Shown here: positions 18,954-27,852 of the stretch, one piece after another
How the letters are laid out: every line of letters begins with the position of its first letter
How positions within the stretch are numbered: position 1 is the stretch's first letter
Assembly (NCBI GenBank): GCA_965228735.1
Contig: OZ245838.1
Span: forward strand, 192,001-256,000
Direction of reading: 5' to 3'
DNA: 64,000 nucleotides
DNA from: Planctomycetota bacterium
Lineage (GTDB): Bacteria > Planctomycetota > UBA1135 > UBA2386
Translations under genes and position numbers: made by a program
Notes under the pieces: generated by a model
Database searches by the model: none
Seen by the model: only the letters and a program-made list of their open reading frames with translations
What the model was told of the DNA's origin: nothing

Positions 18954-18969
18954 TCGACATCAGCTGACG

Positions 18970-19011
18970 AACGAAACCGAAGGCGGCCCCGCGAGGCCGC
19001 CTTTTTCGTTT
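18970..19011 (+). terminator. trp attenuator (intrinsic terminator)
   Basis: AAGGCGGCC-ccgcga-GGCCGCCTT followed by TTTCGTTT, between trpL and trpE. Confidence 0.88.
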
Positions 19012-19055
19012 CCGGGGGAGGTGGCAGCAGCGGGGTCGCGACACGACCTGCGACG

Positions 19056-20681
19056 ATGCCTACCTCCGACACCCAGGACCTCGACGGCAGCCAGAACGGT
19101 GCTGCGGGCCGCCCGTTCGGGCCGCCCGCGGTCGTTGCCGTGCCGCTGGTGCAGGTCACGTCCGCTGCGACCGTGAGCGCGGAGCGGCTCGTCGAACGGT
19201 TGCGCGCGGCGGGCGCGACCGCGGCCGGGCTGCTCGCTGAACGGGATCGGGATGGCGGTCACGAGCACGTTCTCGTGGCCGCGCGGTGCCTGCTGCGTGT
19301 CGAACTCCGCGGCTCGAGCGCCACGATCAACGCGCTGCAGCCCGACGTCGAGCCGTTGCTCGGTGCGCTCGTCGATCGGTTGCCGGGGGCGACCCGTTCG
19401 GGCGATCGGGTGACCGTGCCGGCCGCCGGCAACGCACCGGCCGAGAGCCTCGGCGTGCCCGACGACGAGGTGCTGCGGGCGCCGTCGTGCTTCGACGTCC
19501 TGCGCTGCCTCGCGGGCCTGCTCGCCGATTCGCAGGCCGGCGCGCCCGTGCCGCCCGGGCTGCTCGGCGCGTTCGGCTACGAGCTCATCGATCGCTTCGA
19601 GGATCTCGGGGAACGCAACCCGGATCCGCTCGATGAGCCGGACTACTCGTTCGTGCTCGTGTCCGACGCCGTCGTCTTCGATGGCGCGGTCGGCACCGTG
19701 ACGACGATCGTGCGCGGGCTGCCGTGGGAACGCGCGGCCGCCGTGCAGCAGCGGGCGCGCGCCCTCGCGGAGATGCTCGCGCCGGGGGCGTCGGGGAATC
19801 ACGGGGAGCTCGCGCCGACGAACGGGCAGAGCGCGCCCGCCCCGAGCCCGGCCCCGTTCGATCCCGCGTTCGGCAGCGCGGTCGAGACGCTGCTGCACCA
19901 CATCCGGATCGGTGACATCTTCCAGGCGGTGCTCTCGCGCCCCGTCGCGCTCGAGGTGGCCGCCGATCCCGTCACCGTGCTGCGCGCGCTCGGCCCGGAC
20001 GCGCCGTGGCGCTTCGTCGTCGCGCTGGCGGACGGCGATCTGATCGGCGCTTCGCCGGAGACGTGCCTGCGCGTCGAGAACGGCGAACTCGAGCTGCGCC
20101 CGCTCGCCGGCACGCTGCCGCGCGGCTTCGCCGCCGATGGCTCGATCGATCCCGACCTCGACCGGCGCCTCGGCGTGCAGCTCCTGCTCGACCACAAGGA
20201 ACAGGCCGAACACGCGATGCTCGTCGACCTCGCGCGCAACGACGTCGCGCGCGTGAGCGAACCCGGCAGCACGGAGCTCGTCGAAGCGTTCACCCTGCTG
20301 CACATGCCCCGGGTGCAACACATCGGCAGCCGCGTGCGCGGTCGATTGCGCCACGGCCTCGACGCGCTGCACGCCTACCGCGCCGTCGCCAACATGGGGA
20401 CGCTCACCGGCGCGCCCAAGCCCAAGGCGATGCAGCTCGTGCGGTCGCTCGAGGCGACGGGCCGCGGGTTCTACGGCGGCGCGGTCGGCTTCCTCGGCGG
20501 CGATGGCACGCTGCGCACCTGCATCGCGATCCGCACGCTGCGCCACGAGCCGACGACCGGGCGCTACCACGCGCGCGCCGGGGCCGGGATCGTGCACGAC
20601 TCGATCCCCGAGAACGAGTTCGCCGAGACCGAGCACAAGCTCGCGCAGCTGCGGCGCGCGCTCGCGGAGGTGACATCGTGA
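19056..20681 (+). CDS. trpE: Anthranilate synthase component I
   Basis: GDIFQAVLSR, GASPE, RPLAGT, EHAMLVDLARND, GTLTGAPK, RGFYGG, CIAIRT, AGAGIV. Confidence 0.92.
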   Translation: MPTSDTQDLDGSQNGAAGRPFGPPAVVAVPLVQVTSAATVSAERLVERLRAAGATAAGLLAERDRDGGHEHVLVAARCLLRVELRGSSATINALQPDVEPLLGALVDRLPGATRSGDRVTVPAAGNAPAESLGVPDDEVLRAPSCFDVLRCLAGLLADSQAGAPVPPGLLGAFGYELIDRFEDLGERNPDPLDEPDYSFVLVSDAVVFDGAVGTVTTIVRGLPWERAAAVQQRARALAEMLAPGASGNHGELAPTNGQSAPAPSPAPFDPAFGSAVETLLHHIRIGDIFQAVLSRPVALEVAADPVTVLRALGPDAPWRFVVALADGDLIGASPETCLRVENGELELRPLAGTLPRGFAADGSIDPDLDRRLGVQLLLDHKEQAEHAMLVDLARNDVARVSEPGSTELVEAFTLLHMPRVQHIGSRVRGRLRHGLDALHAYRAVANMGTLTGAPKPKAMQLVRSLEATGRGFYGGAVGFLGGDGTLRTCIAIRTLRHEPTTGRYHARAGAGIVHDSIPENEFAETEHKLAQLRRALAEVTS

Positions 20682-21313
20682 TGCCGCGTGTGCTCCTCGT
20701 CGACCACTTCGACAGCTTCGCCTTTCTGTTGGCGGAGCAGTTCGCGGTGCGCGGTGCCGAACTGCGCTGCGTGCGCGCGCCCAGGACCGGCGCCGGGCTC
20801 GCGGCGTGCGTGCAGGACTTTCTGCCGCACCTCGTCGTGCTCTCGCCGGGCCCGGGCCATCCGAACGAAGCGACGGGAACGGTCGACTACCTGCGGACCC
20901 GGCCCGCGCTCCCGATCTTCGGCGTCTGCCTCGGGCTGCAGGCGATGGTGGCCGCGGCAGGCGGCGAGGTCGGTCCCGCGCCGGCCCCCGTGCACGGCCG
21001 CGCGAGCTACGTCACGCTCGCCGAGGATCCGTTGTTCGACGGCCTGCCGCGCCCGTTCGCCGTCGCGCGCTACCACAGCCTCGTGGCGACGCGCATGCCC
21101 GACTCACTGCGCGCGATCGCGACGCTCGCCGATCCCGCGTCCGCTGCGCCCGAGCTCGTGATGGGCCTGCGCCACCGCGAGCTGCCGTGGGTCGGCGTCC
21201 AGTTCCACCCCGAGTCCGTGCTCTCCCCGCACGGCGGCGAGCTCTGCGCTCGCGTCCTCGCGCACGCCACGGCCACGGCGGCGCACGACCCCTTCAACCC
21301 CGCACTGTCATGA
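20681..21313 (+). CDS. trpG: Anthranilate synthase component II (glutamine amidotransferase)
   Basis: VDHFDSF, LSPGPGHP, GVCLGLQ, ARYHSL, QFHPES. Confidence 0.95.
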   Translation: MPRVLLVDHFDSFAFLLAEQFAVRGAELRCVRAPRTGAGLAACVQDFLPHLVVLSPGPGHPNEATGTVDYLRTRPALPIFGVCLGLQAMVAAAGGEVGPAPAPVHGRASYVTLAEDPLFDGLPRPFAVARYHSLVATRMPDSLRAIATLADPASAAPELVMGLRHRELPWVGVQFHPESVLSPHGGELCARVLAHATATAAHDPFNPALS

Positions 21314-22356
21314 CCTCCGATTCTCCCACGATTCCCCAGCTCCTGCGTGATCTGACGCACGGCCACGATCTGCGCGCCGACGACTTCGCGCACGTCGTCA
21401 GTACGGCAATGAACGGCGAGGCCGACCCGGTCGCATTCGGCGGCCTGCTCGCGGCCTTGTCGATGCGGCCGGTGCAGGCCGAACACCTCGCCGCCGCCGC
21501 GCGCGTGATCCGCGAACGCGCGGTGCGCGTGCCGACGCAGGTGCAGCCGCTCGTCGACACCTGCGGCACGGGCGGGGACGGCGCCAACACGTTCAACGTG
21601 AGTACCGCGGCGGCGTGCGTCGTCGCCGGCACGGGCTGCGCGGTCGCCAAGCACGGCAACCGCGCGGTGTCGTCGGCGGTCGGCAGCGCGGACGTGCTGG
21701 CCGCCGCGGGCTGCGCGCTCGATCTCGAGCCGCGGGCCGCGCGCACGGCGCTCGACGCGGTCGGCTTCGTGTTCTTGTTCGCGCAGCGCCATCACCCGGC
21801 GTTCCGCCACGTCGGGCCGATCCGCAAGAGCCTCGGCGTGCGCACGATCTTCAACCTGCTCGGCCCGCTCTGCAATCCGGCGGGCGCCGACCGCCAGGTG
21901 GTCGGCGTCTACGACCCGAACGTGACGGGCGCGGTGGCCGAAGCGCTGCGCGCGCTCGGCAGCGAGTCGGCCCTCGTCGTGCATTGCAACGGCCTCGACG
22001 AGCTCGGCCTGCACGATCGCACGACCGGGCATCGGCTGCACGACGGCCGGATCGAGCCGTTCGAGCTCGACGCGCGCGACCTCGGGTTCGAGGCCGCGCC
22101 GATCGAAGCGTTGCGCGGCGGCGATCTCGAGCGCAACGTCGAGCTGCTGCGCTCCGCGTTGTCCGGCGGCGACGGCGCGCGCAGTGATGCGGTGGCGCTC
22201 AACGCCGGCGCAGCGCTCTGGGTCGCCGGCCAGGCCGACGATCTCGCGGCGGGGGTGAAGCTAGCGCAGTCGACGATGGACAGCGGCGCGGCGAGCCGCG
22301 TGCTCGTGCGTTACGCCGAGACCAGCACGCGGCTGGCGGCGGAGGCGGTGGCATGA
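21310..22356 (+). CDS. trpD: Anthranilate phosphoribosyltransferase
   Basis: DTCGTGGDG, FNVST, KHGNRAVSS, RTIFNLLGPL, GLDE. Confidence 0.95.
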   Translation: MTSDSPTIPQLLRDLTHGHDLRADDFAHVVSTAMNGEADPVAFGGLLAALSMRPVQAEHLAAAARVIRERAVRVPTQVQPLVDTCGTGGDGANTFNVSTAAACVVAGTGCAVAKHGNRAVSSAVGSADVLAAAGCALDLEPRAARTALDAVGFVFLFAQRHHPAFRHVGPIRKSLGVRTIFNLLGPLCNPAGADRQVVGVYDPNVTGAVAEALRALGSESALVVHCNGLDELGLHDRTTGHRLHDGRIEPFELDARDLGFEAAPIEALRGGDLERNVELLRSALSGGDGARSDAVALNAGAALWVAGQADDLAAGVKLAQSTMDSGAASRVLVRYAETSTRLAAEAVA

Positions 22357-23129
22357 GTCGGCATCTGGAGCAGTTCTTCGACGCCGCTCGCGAACGGGCG
22401 GCGACGCTGCCGGACTACCGGCCGCCGGAGCGGGAGTCCGGGGGCGGCATGGAGCGCACCAGTCGCAGTCTGCGCAGCGCGCTCGCGGGGCGTGACGGGC
22501 TCGGCGTGATCGCCGAGTTCAAGCGCCGCAGTCCGAGTCAGGGCATGCTGGACAGCAACGCCGACGTCGCGCAGTACGCGCGCAACGCGGTAGCGCGCGG
22601 CGCCGTTGCGCTGTCCGTGCTGACCGAGCCGCGGTTCTTCGCCGGCAGCTACACCGATCTCGCGATCGCCCGGGCGGCAGTCGACGTGCCGCTGCTCGCG
22701 AAGGACTTCATCGTCGATCCGCGTCAGATCCGGGCCGCGGCACGCCACGGCGCGGACGCCGTCCTGTTCATCCTTCGGGGTCTCGACAGCAATCAACTCG
22801 CCGAGCTGTTCGCCGCGGCCGTCGACCATGGCCTCGACGTCGTGCTCGAGTGTCACGACGCCGCCGAGGTCGACCGCGCGATCGCCGTGCCGGACGCGAT
22901 CGTGGGCGTGAACAACCGCGACCTCGACACGCTCGAAGTCGACATCGCGCACGCCGCGGAACTGCTGCCGCGCGTGCCCGTGGACCGCATCGCGATCGCC
23001 GAGTCGGGCTATCGAACGGATGACGAGCTGCGCGCGCTGCGTGGCGTGGCCAACGGCGCGCTGATCGGCACGAGCATCATGCAGGGCGCCGATCTCGCCG
23101 CGCTCGTGGCTGGCGGGGGTGGGCGATGA
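22353..23129 (+). CDS. trpC: Indole-3-glycerol phosphate synthase
   Basis: IAEFKRRSPSQG, SVLTE, KDFIVD, GVNNRDL, AESG. Confidence 0.95.
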   Translation: MSRHLEQFFDAARERAATLPDYRPPERESGGGMERTSRSLRSALAGRDGLGVIAEFKRRSPSQGMLDSNADVAQYARNAVARGAVALSVLTEPRFFAGSYTDLAIARAAVDVPLLAKDFIVDPRQIRAAARHGADAVLFILRGLDSNQLAELFAAAVDHGLDVVLECHDAAEVDRAIAVPDAIVGVNNRDLDTLEVDIAHAAELLPRVPVDRIAIAESGYRTDDELRALRGVANGALIGTSIMQGADLAALVAGGGGR

Positions 23130-23740
23130 AGGTCAAGATCTGCGGTCTCAAGGCGGCGGCCGACGCGGAGCTCGCGCTGCGGCTCGGCGCGACGCACCTC
23201 GGTTGCGTCGTCGCGCCGGATTCGCCGCGTTCGACGACATTGCCGGAGCGCATCGCGATCCGCGAGCTCGCTCGCGAACGCGCGACGTTCGTGCTCGTCG
23301 TGCGGGGCGTCGGACCCGAGGCGGTGCTTGCGCTGGCGGCGGATTGTGAGCCGGATCTCGTGCAGTGCCACGGGTTCGATGATGTGGCGGAGGCCGCACT
23401 CGCCGAACGGCTGCCGGTGCCGCTGATGCGCGTGCGTCGGCTCGCGCCGGACGCGACGGCGTTGCCGCCCGTGCCGGTCGGCGTGTCCGCGACGAGCCCG
23501 GCCGTCTTCGACGGTGGCGTCGGCGGGGCCGGTACGTGCTTCCCGTGGCATCTGCTCGGCACGGCTTCACCCGCCAACGTCTTCATCGCCGGCGGCATCA
23601 CCGCGGCCAACGTGCGCGACGTGCTCGCGCACGCGCCGTGGGGCATCGACGTCAGCAGCGGCGTCGAGGAATCCCCCGGCCGCAAGGACCCCAGAAAGCT
23701 GCGCGCCCTGTTCGACGGGCTGCAGGTGAACCAGTCATGA
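23126..23740 (+). CDS. trpF: Phosphoribosylanthranilate isomerase
   Basis: VKICGL, SPR, VQCHG, IAGGI, DVSSGVE..PGRKD. Confidence 0.93.
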   Translation: MKVKICGLKAAADAELALRLGATHLGCVVAPDSPRSTTLPERIAIRELARERATFVLVVRGVGPEAVLALAADCEPDLVQCHGFDDVAEAALAERLPVPLMRVRRLAPDATALPPVPVGVSATSPAVFDGGVGGAGTCFPWHLLGTASPANVFIAGGITAANVRDVLAHAPWGIDVSSGVEESPGRKDPRKLRALFDGLQVNQS

Positions 23741-24945
23741 CGACATCGGACATCACTCCCCGCACCGGCGCGTTCGGCGCATTCGGCGGCCGCTACGTCA
23801 GCGAACTGCTGTGGCCGGCGCTGCAGGAGCTCGCCACGGCGAGCGCCGTGATCCTCGCGAACGGGACGTTCCGCAGTGACCTGCGCGCCAGGCTGCGCGA
23901 GTGGGCCGGTCGACCAACGCCGTTGACTTCGGCCCCCCGGCTGTCCGAACGTGCCGGTCTCGACCTGTACCTGAAGCGCGAGGACCTGCTCCACGGCGGC
24001 GCGCACAAGACCAACAACGCGCTCGGTCAGGCGCTGCTCGCGCAACGCCTCGGCAAGCGACGGCTCCTGTGCGAGACGGGCGCGGGCCAACACGGCGTCG
24101 CGACCGCGATGGCCGGCGCGCGGCTCGGCCTCGACGTCACCGTGTGCATGGGCGCGCGCGACGTGCAGCGGCAGGCGACCAACGTCGAACGCATGCGGCT
24201 CTTCGGCGCCGAGGTGCGCGCAGTCGATCAGGGCGCCGGCACGCTCAAGGACGCGATCAACGAGGCGCTGCGGGACTGGGCGGCGACCGTCGGCGACAGT
24301 CACTACGTGCTCGGCTCGGCCTGCGGTCCCGATCCGTTCCCGACGATCGTGCATCGGCTGCAGGCGGTGATCGGTGAGGAGATCCAGGCCCAGTTCGAGG
24401 AGCTGGCCGGCGGCAGGCCCGACGCGGTCGTCGCGTGCGTCGGCGGCGGCAGCAACGCGATCGGCGCGTTCTCGCCGTTTCTCAGCGACGAGAAGGTGGC
24501 GCTGTTCGGCGTCGAACCGCTCGGCAGCGACGGACCGGAGGTCACGCGGGCCGAACGCGCGACGCCCGGCCTGCTGCACGGCGCGCGCACGCTCGTGCTG
24601 CAGGACCGCGACGGGCAGATCCAGTCGAGCAGCAGCATCGCGCCGGGGCTCGACTACCCGGCCGTCGGGCCCGAGCACGCGGCGCTCTGTGCCGAGGGCC
24701 GCGTGCGTTACGTCGGCGTCGACGACGCGATGGCGGTCGACGCGCTCCAGGCCACGTGCCGCCTGGAGGGCATCCTGCCGGCGCTCGAGTCGGCCCACGC
24801 GATCGCGTTCGCGCTGCGCGCCGTGCAGGACGGCGCGATCGAACGCGGGCGGCGGGTCGTCATCAACGTCTCCGGCCGTGGTGACAAGGACCTCGGGATC
24901 CTGGCCCAACGCGGACTCATCCAGGGTGCGGAGGAACGGTCATGA
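23737..24945 (+). CDS. trpB: Tryptophan synthase beta chain
   Basis: LKREDLLHGGAHKTNN, ETGAGQHG, CVGGGSNAIG, GLDYPAVGPEH, SGRGDKD. Confidence 0.97.
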   Translation: MTTSDITPRTGAFGAFGGRYVSELLWPALQELATASAVILANGTFRSDLRARLREWAGRPTPLTSAPRLSERAGLDLYLKREDLLHGGAHKTNNALGQALLAQRLGKRRLLCETGAGQHGVATAMAGARLGLDVTVCMGARDVQRQATNVERMRLFGAEVRAVDQGAGTLKDAINEALRDWAATVGDSHYVLGSACGPDPFPTIVHRLQAVIGEEIQAQFEELAGGRPDAVVACVGGGSNAIGAFSPFLSDEKVALFGVEPLGSDGPEVTRAERATPGLLHGARTLVLQDRDGQIQSSSSIAPGLDYPAVGPEHAALCAEGRVRYVGVDDAMAVDALQATCRLEGILPALESAHAIAFALRAVQDGAIERGRRVVINVSGRGDKDLGILAQRGLIQGAEERS

Positions 24946-25790
24946 CGTTGCCGTCTCTTCGTGAACGCTTCGGTGCGCTGGCGCCGGGGGCCGGGTGCTT
25001 CAGCCCGTTCTTCGTCGTCGGTGACCCTGCCGTGGAGCTGTCGGTCGAGTTCGCCAAGGCGTCGGTCGCGGCGGGCGCATCGATGCTCGAGCTCGGCATC
25101 CCGTACCGCGATCCGTGCGCCGACGGCGTCGCGATCCAGCGGGCGTGCGCGCGAGCTTTCGCCGGCGGCATCACGACCGATCGCGCGCTCGCCGGCATCG
25201 CGGCGATCAGCCAGGCGTGCCCCGGCGTGCCGCTCAACCTGCTGGTCTACGGCAACCTCGCGCACGCGCGCGGCATCGCGACGTTCTGTCGCGAGCTCGC
25301 GGCTGCTGGTGCGAGCTCGCTGCTCGTGCCCGACATCCCGCTCGGCGAGGACGAACCGCTGCGCGCCGCGTGCGATGCGGCCGAGCTCGGCTTCGTCCGC
25401 CTCGTCGGCCCGCGGTCGTCGGCCGAGCGACTGGCGGCCAGCGCTGCCGGCTGCGCGATGCTCTACGTCGCGGGCGTGCAGGGGGTCACCGGCTCGCACG
25501 ACGACGTGCGGGCCGAACGCTCGGCGCTGTTGCAGCGCGCCCGCGACGCGGCGGGCGACGTGCCGCTCTGCGCGGGTTTCGGCATCCGGACCCGCGCCGA
25601 CGTCGAGGACGCGTTCTTTAGCGGCGCCGCGCTCGCGGTCGTCGGCAGCCGGCTCGCCGACGTGATCGGCGACGCCGTCAATGCCGGGGCCGACCCGGTC
25701 GCCGCAGTATCCGCCGTCGTGCGCGAGCTCGCGCACCCGGCTTCGAATCGTTCTTCCCAAGCCACCAAGCCCAACCCGACAGGAGCCTGA
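24942..25790 (+). CDS. trpA: Tryptophan synthase alpha chain
   Basis: GDP, ELGIPYRDPCADGVAIQ, PDIP, GVTG, AGFGI, VVGS. Confidence 0.95.
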   Translation: MTLPSLRERFGALAPGAGCFSPFFVVGDPAVELSVEFAKASVAAGASMLELGIPYRDPCADGVAIQRACARAFAGGITTDRALAGIAAISQACPGVPLNLLVYGNLAHARGIATFCRELAAAGASSLLVPDIPLGEDEPLRAACDAAELGFVRLVGPRSSAERLAASAAGCAMLYVAGVQGVTGSHDDVRAERSALLQRARDAAGDVPLCAGFGIRTRADVEDAFFSGAALAVVGSRLADVIGDAVNAGADPVAAVSAVVRELAHPASNRSSQATKPNPTGA

Positions 25791-25792
25791 TC

Positions 25793-26806
25793 GTGCTCGT
25801 CATTCTCTCACCAGACAGTTCCGTCGCCGATGTCGCCGCCGTCGAGGCGGCGATCACCGCGATGGGTTTCACCCCGCTCGCCGTGCCGGGCGAGGATCGC
25901 ACCGCCATCTGCGTCACGGGCAACAAGGGCCCGGTCGACCCCGGGCCCTTGCTGGGCTTGAACGGCGTCGTCGAGTGCATCCGCGTCACCAAGCCCTACA
26001 AGCTCGTCAGCCGCGACGTGCAGGCCGAGGACACCGTCGTGCAGGTCGGCGCGCAGAAGATCGGCGGCAAGAACCGCCCCGTCGTGATCGCCGGGCCGTG
26101 TAGCGTCGAGACCGAGGCGCGCACGCTGCGCATCGCCGAGGCCGTCAAGGAGGCCGGCGCGACGATGTTCCGCGCGGGTGCGTTCAAGCCGCGAACGAGC
26201 CCTTACGACTTCCAGGGCCTCGGCGTCGAGGCGCTTCACACGCTGCGGCAGGTGCGGGAGCAGTTCGATCTGCCGATCGTCTCGGAGATCGTCGACAGCT
26301 CGCACCTCGAGCAGATGGTCGACACCGTCGACGTGCTGCAGGTCGGCGCGCGCAACATGCAGAACTTCGCGCTGCTGCAGCGGCTCGCCGATCAGCCGCG
26401 ACCCGTGCTGCTCAAGCGCGGGGCCGCGAACACGCTGACGGAGTGGCTCATGGCGGCGGAATACCTGCTCGCCGGCGGCAAGCGCGACGTGATCCTCTGC
26501 GAACGCGGCATCCGGTCGTTCTCCGATCACTCGCGCAACACGCTCGATCTCAACGTCGTGCCGGTCGTGCGGCAGAAGTCGCACCTGCCGATCATCGTGG
26601 ACCCGTCGCACGGCACCGGCGATCGCGAGCGGGTGCGAGCCATGGCGCGGGCGGGCATCGCGGCGGGCGCCCAGGGACTGCTCGTCGAGGCGCACTTCGA
26701 TCCCAAGACGAGCTACACCGACGCGGCGCAGACCGTCTCGGCCGAGGTCATCCAGGGCATCGGGCGCGACATCGAAGTGCTCGCCGGCCTCGAAGCGCTT
26801 GCGTGA
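25793..26806 (+). CDS. aroF: DAHP synthase type I-beta with N-terminal regulatory domain
   Basis: IAGPCSVE, FKPRTSPYDFQGLG, GARNMQNF, LKRG, CERGIR, DPSHGTG. Confidence 0.92.
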   Translation: MLVILSPDSSVADVAAVEAAITAMGFTPLAVPGEDRTAICVTGNKGPVDPGPLLGLNGVVECIRVTKPYKLVSRDVQAEDTVVQVGAQKIGGKNRPVVIAGPCSVETEARTLRIAEAVKEAGATMFRAGAFKPRTSPYDFQGLGVEALHTLRQVREQFDLPIVSEIVDSSHLEQMVDTVDVLQVGARNMQNFALLQRLADQPRPVLLKRGAANTLTEWLMAAEYLLAGGKRDVILCERGIRSFSDHSRNTLDLNVVPVVRQKSHLPIIVDPSHGTGDRERVRAMARAGIAAGAQGLLVEAHFDPKTSYTDAAQTVSAEVIQGIGRDIEVLAGLEALA

Positions 26807-26813
26807 CGGCGCT

Positions 26814-26855
26814 TCTCAGCGTTCGAGTCTCAGCGTTCGAGTCTCAGCGTTCTAG
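26814..26855. repeat. 14-bp tandem repeat x3 (TCTCAGCGTTCGAG)
   Basis: Units at 26814-26827, 26828-26841 and 26842-26855; the last has one mismatch and contains the msrA stop. Confidence 0.9.
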
Positions 26856-27602
26856 GCCGAGCTTCTCGAGCTTGCTCGGGATGAACGCGTTGCAGTAGCC
26901 GTCGCGCGGGTTCTTGGCCCAGTAGTCCTGGTGGTAGTCCTCGGCCGGCCAAAACGTGCTCGCCGCGGTCACCTCGGTGACGATGCGGTTGTCGAACTTG
27001 GGGTTGATCTTCGCGATCACCCTCTCGGCCGTCTGCTTCTGCGCGTCGCTGTGGTAGTAGATCGCGGACCGATACTGCGTGCCGACGTCGTTGCCCTGGC
27101 GGTTGAGCGTCGTCGGGTCGTGCATCACGAAGAAGTAGCCGACGAGCTTCTCGTAGCTCGTGACCGCGGGGTCGAAGCGGAACTGCACGACCTCGGCGTG
27201 ACCCGTGACGCCGTCGCACACCGCGCGGTAGGTCGGGTTGTCGACGTCGCCGCCCATGTAGCCCGACTTGACGTCGCTGACGCCGTCGATGCGATCGAGC
27301 ACGGCTTCGATGCACCAGAAGCAACCGCCGGCGAACGTGGCGGTCTCGAGGGCGGGCTGATCGGAGTTGTCGGTCATCGGGCGTTCGTTCTGGCTGGTTG
27401 GGTCGTCGGGGTTGGGGTCGGCCTCGGGCGGCGGCGCGGGCGGCGGCTCGGCGACCTCGTCGGGCTCGGCCGGCGCGAAGCCGATCGGTTCGTCGGTGGC
27501 GTTGGACGCGGTGGTTGCGTCGGGCTGGGTGCAGCCAGCGGTCGCGAGCAGCAGCAGCGACAGCAGGGTGACCGGAATGGCGGCAGCGCGAAGGATCGTC
27601 AT
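26844..27602 (-). CDS. msrA: Peptide methionine sulfoxide reductase A, predicted lipoprotein
   Basis: Lipobox-like LLATAG-C, Pro/acidic linker, FAGGCFWC, GHAEVV, QGNDVGTQYRS, AEDYHQDY, GYC. Confidence 0.93.
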   Translation of the reverse strand: MTILRAAAIPVTLLSLLLLATAGCTQPDATTASNATDEPIGFAPAEPDEVAEPPPAPPPEADPNPDDPTSQNERPMTDNSDQPALETATFAGGCFWCIEAVLDRIDGVSDVKSGYMGGDVDNPTYRAVCDGVTGHAEVVQFRFDPAVTSYEKLVGYFFVMHDPTTLNRQGNDVGTQYRSAIYYHSDAQKQTAERVIAKINPKFDNRIVTEVTAASTFWPAEDYHQDYWAKNPRDGYCNAFIPSKLEKLGLER

Positions 27603-27727
27603 GTGTTCGATGGAGATCGGGTAGGGCGCGGCGACTCGGAATTCTCGCGGGCGTTTGCGCGATGATCCAACCGCAGTTCTAGCAGTAGGTTCGCAAAACC
27701 ACACCCAAGCCATCCGTCACCCTGGGC

Positions 27728-27755
27728 TTGATGTTAGGGTTTTGTTCGGTAGACT
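27728..27755 (+). promoter_or_regulatory. Candidate imuA promoter with overlapping direct-repeat LexA-like box
   Basis: TTGATG-16 nt-TAGACT; GTTA-N7-GTTC at 27733-27747. Confidence 0.55.
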
Positions 27756-27852
27756 ACGGGGCCCCACGTCGCCGTCGGCATCGGCCGTTGGCAACCCAGG
27801 TTCGCCGGTCGACCGGTGGGCCGCCGACCCGTTTCTCGGAGGAGATACGACC

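Noticed and set aside
26814..26855. CRISPR array
   Set aside because: Contiguous 14-bp units with no spacers and no cas genes.
27676..27692. GTTC-N9-GTTC as a LexA box
   Set aside because: The spacing does not match N7 and it lies outside the predicted promoter.
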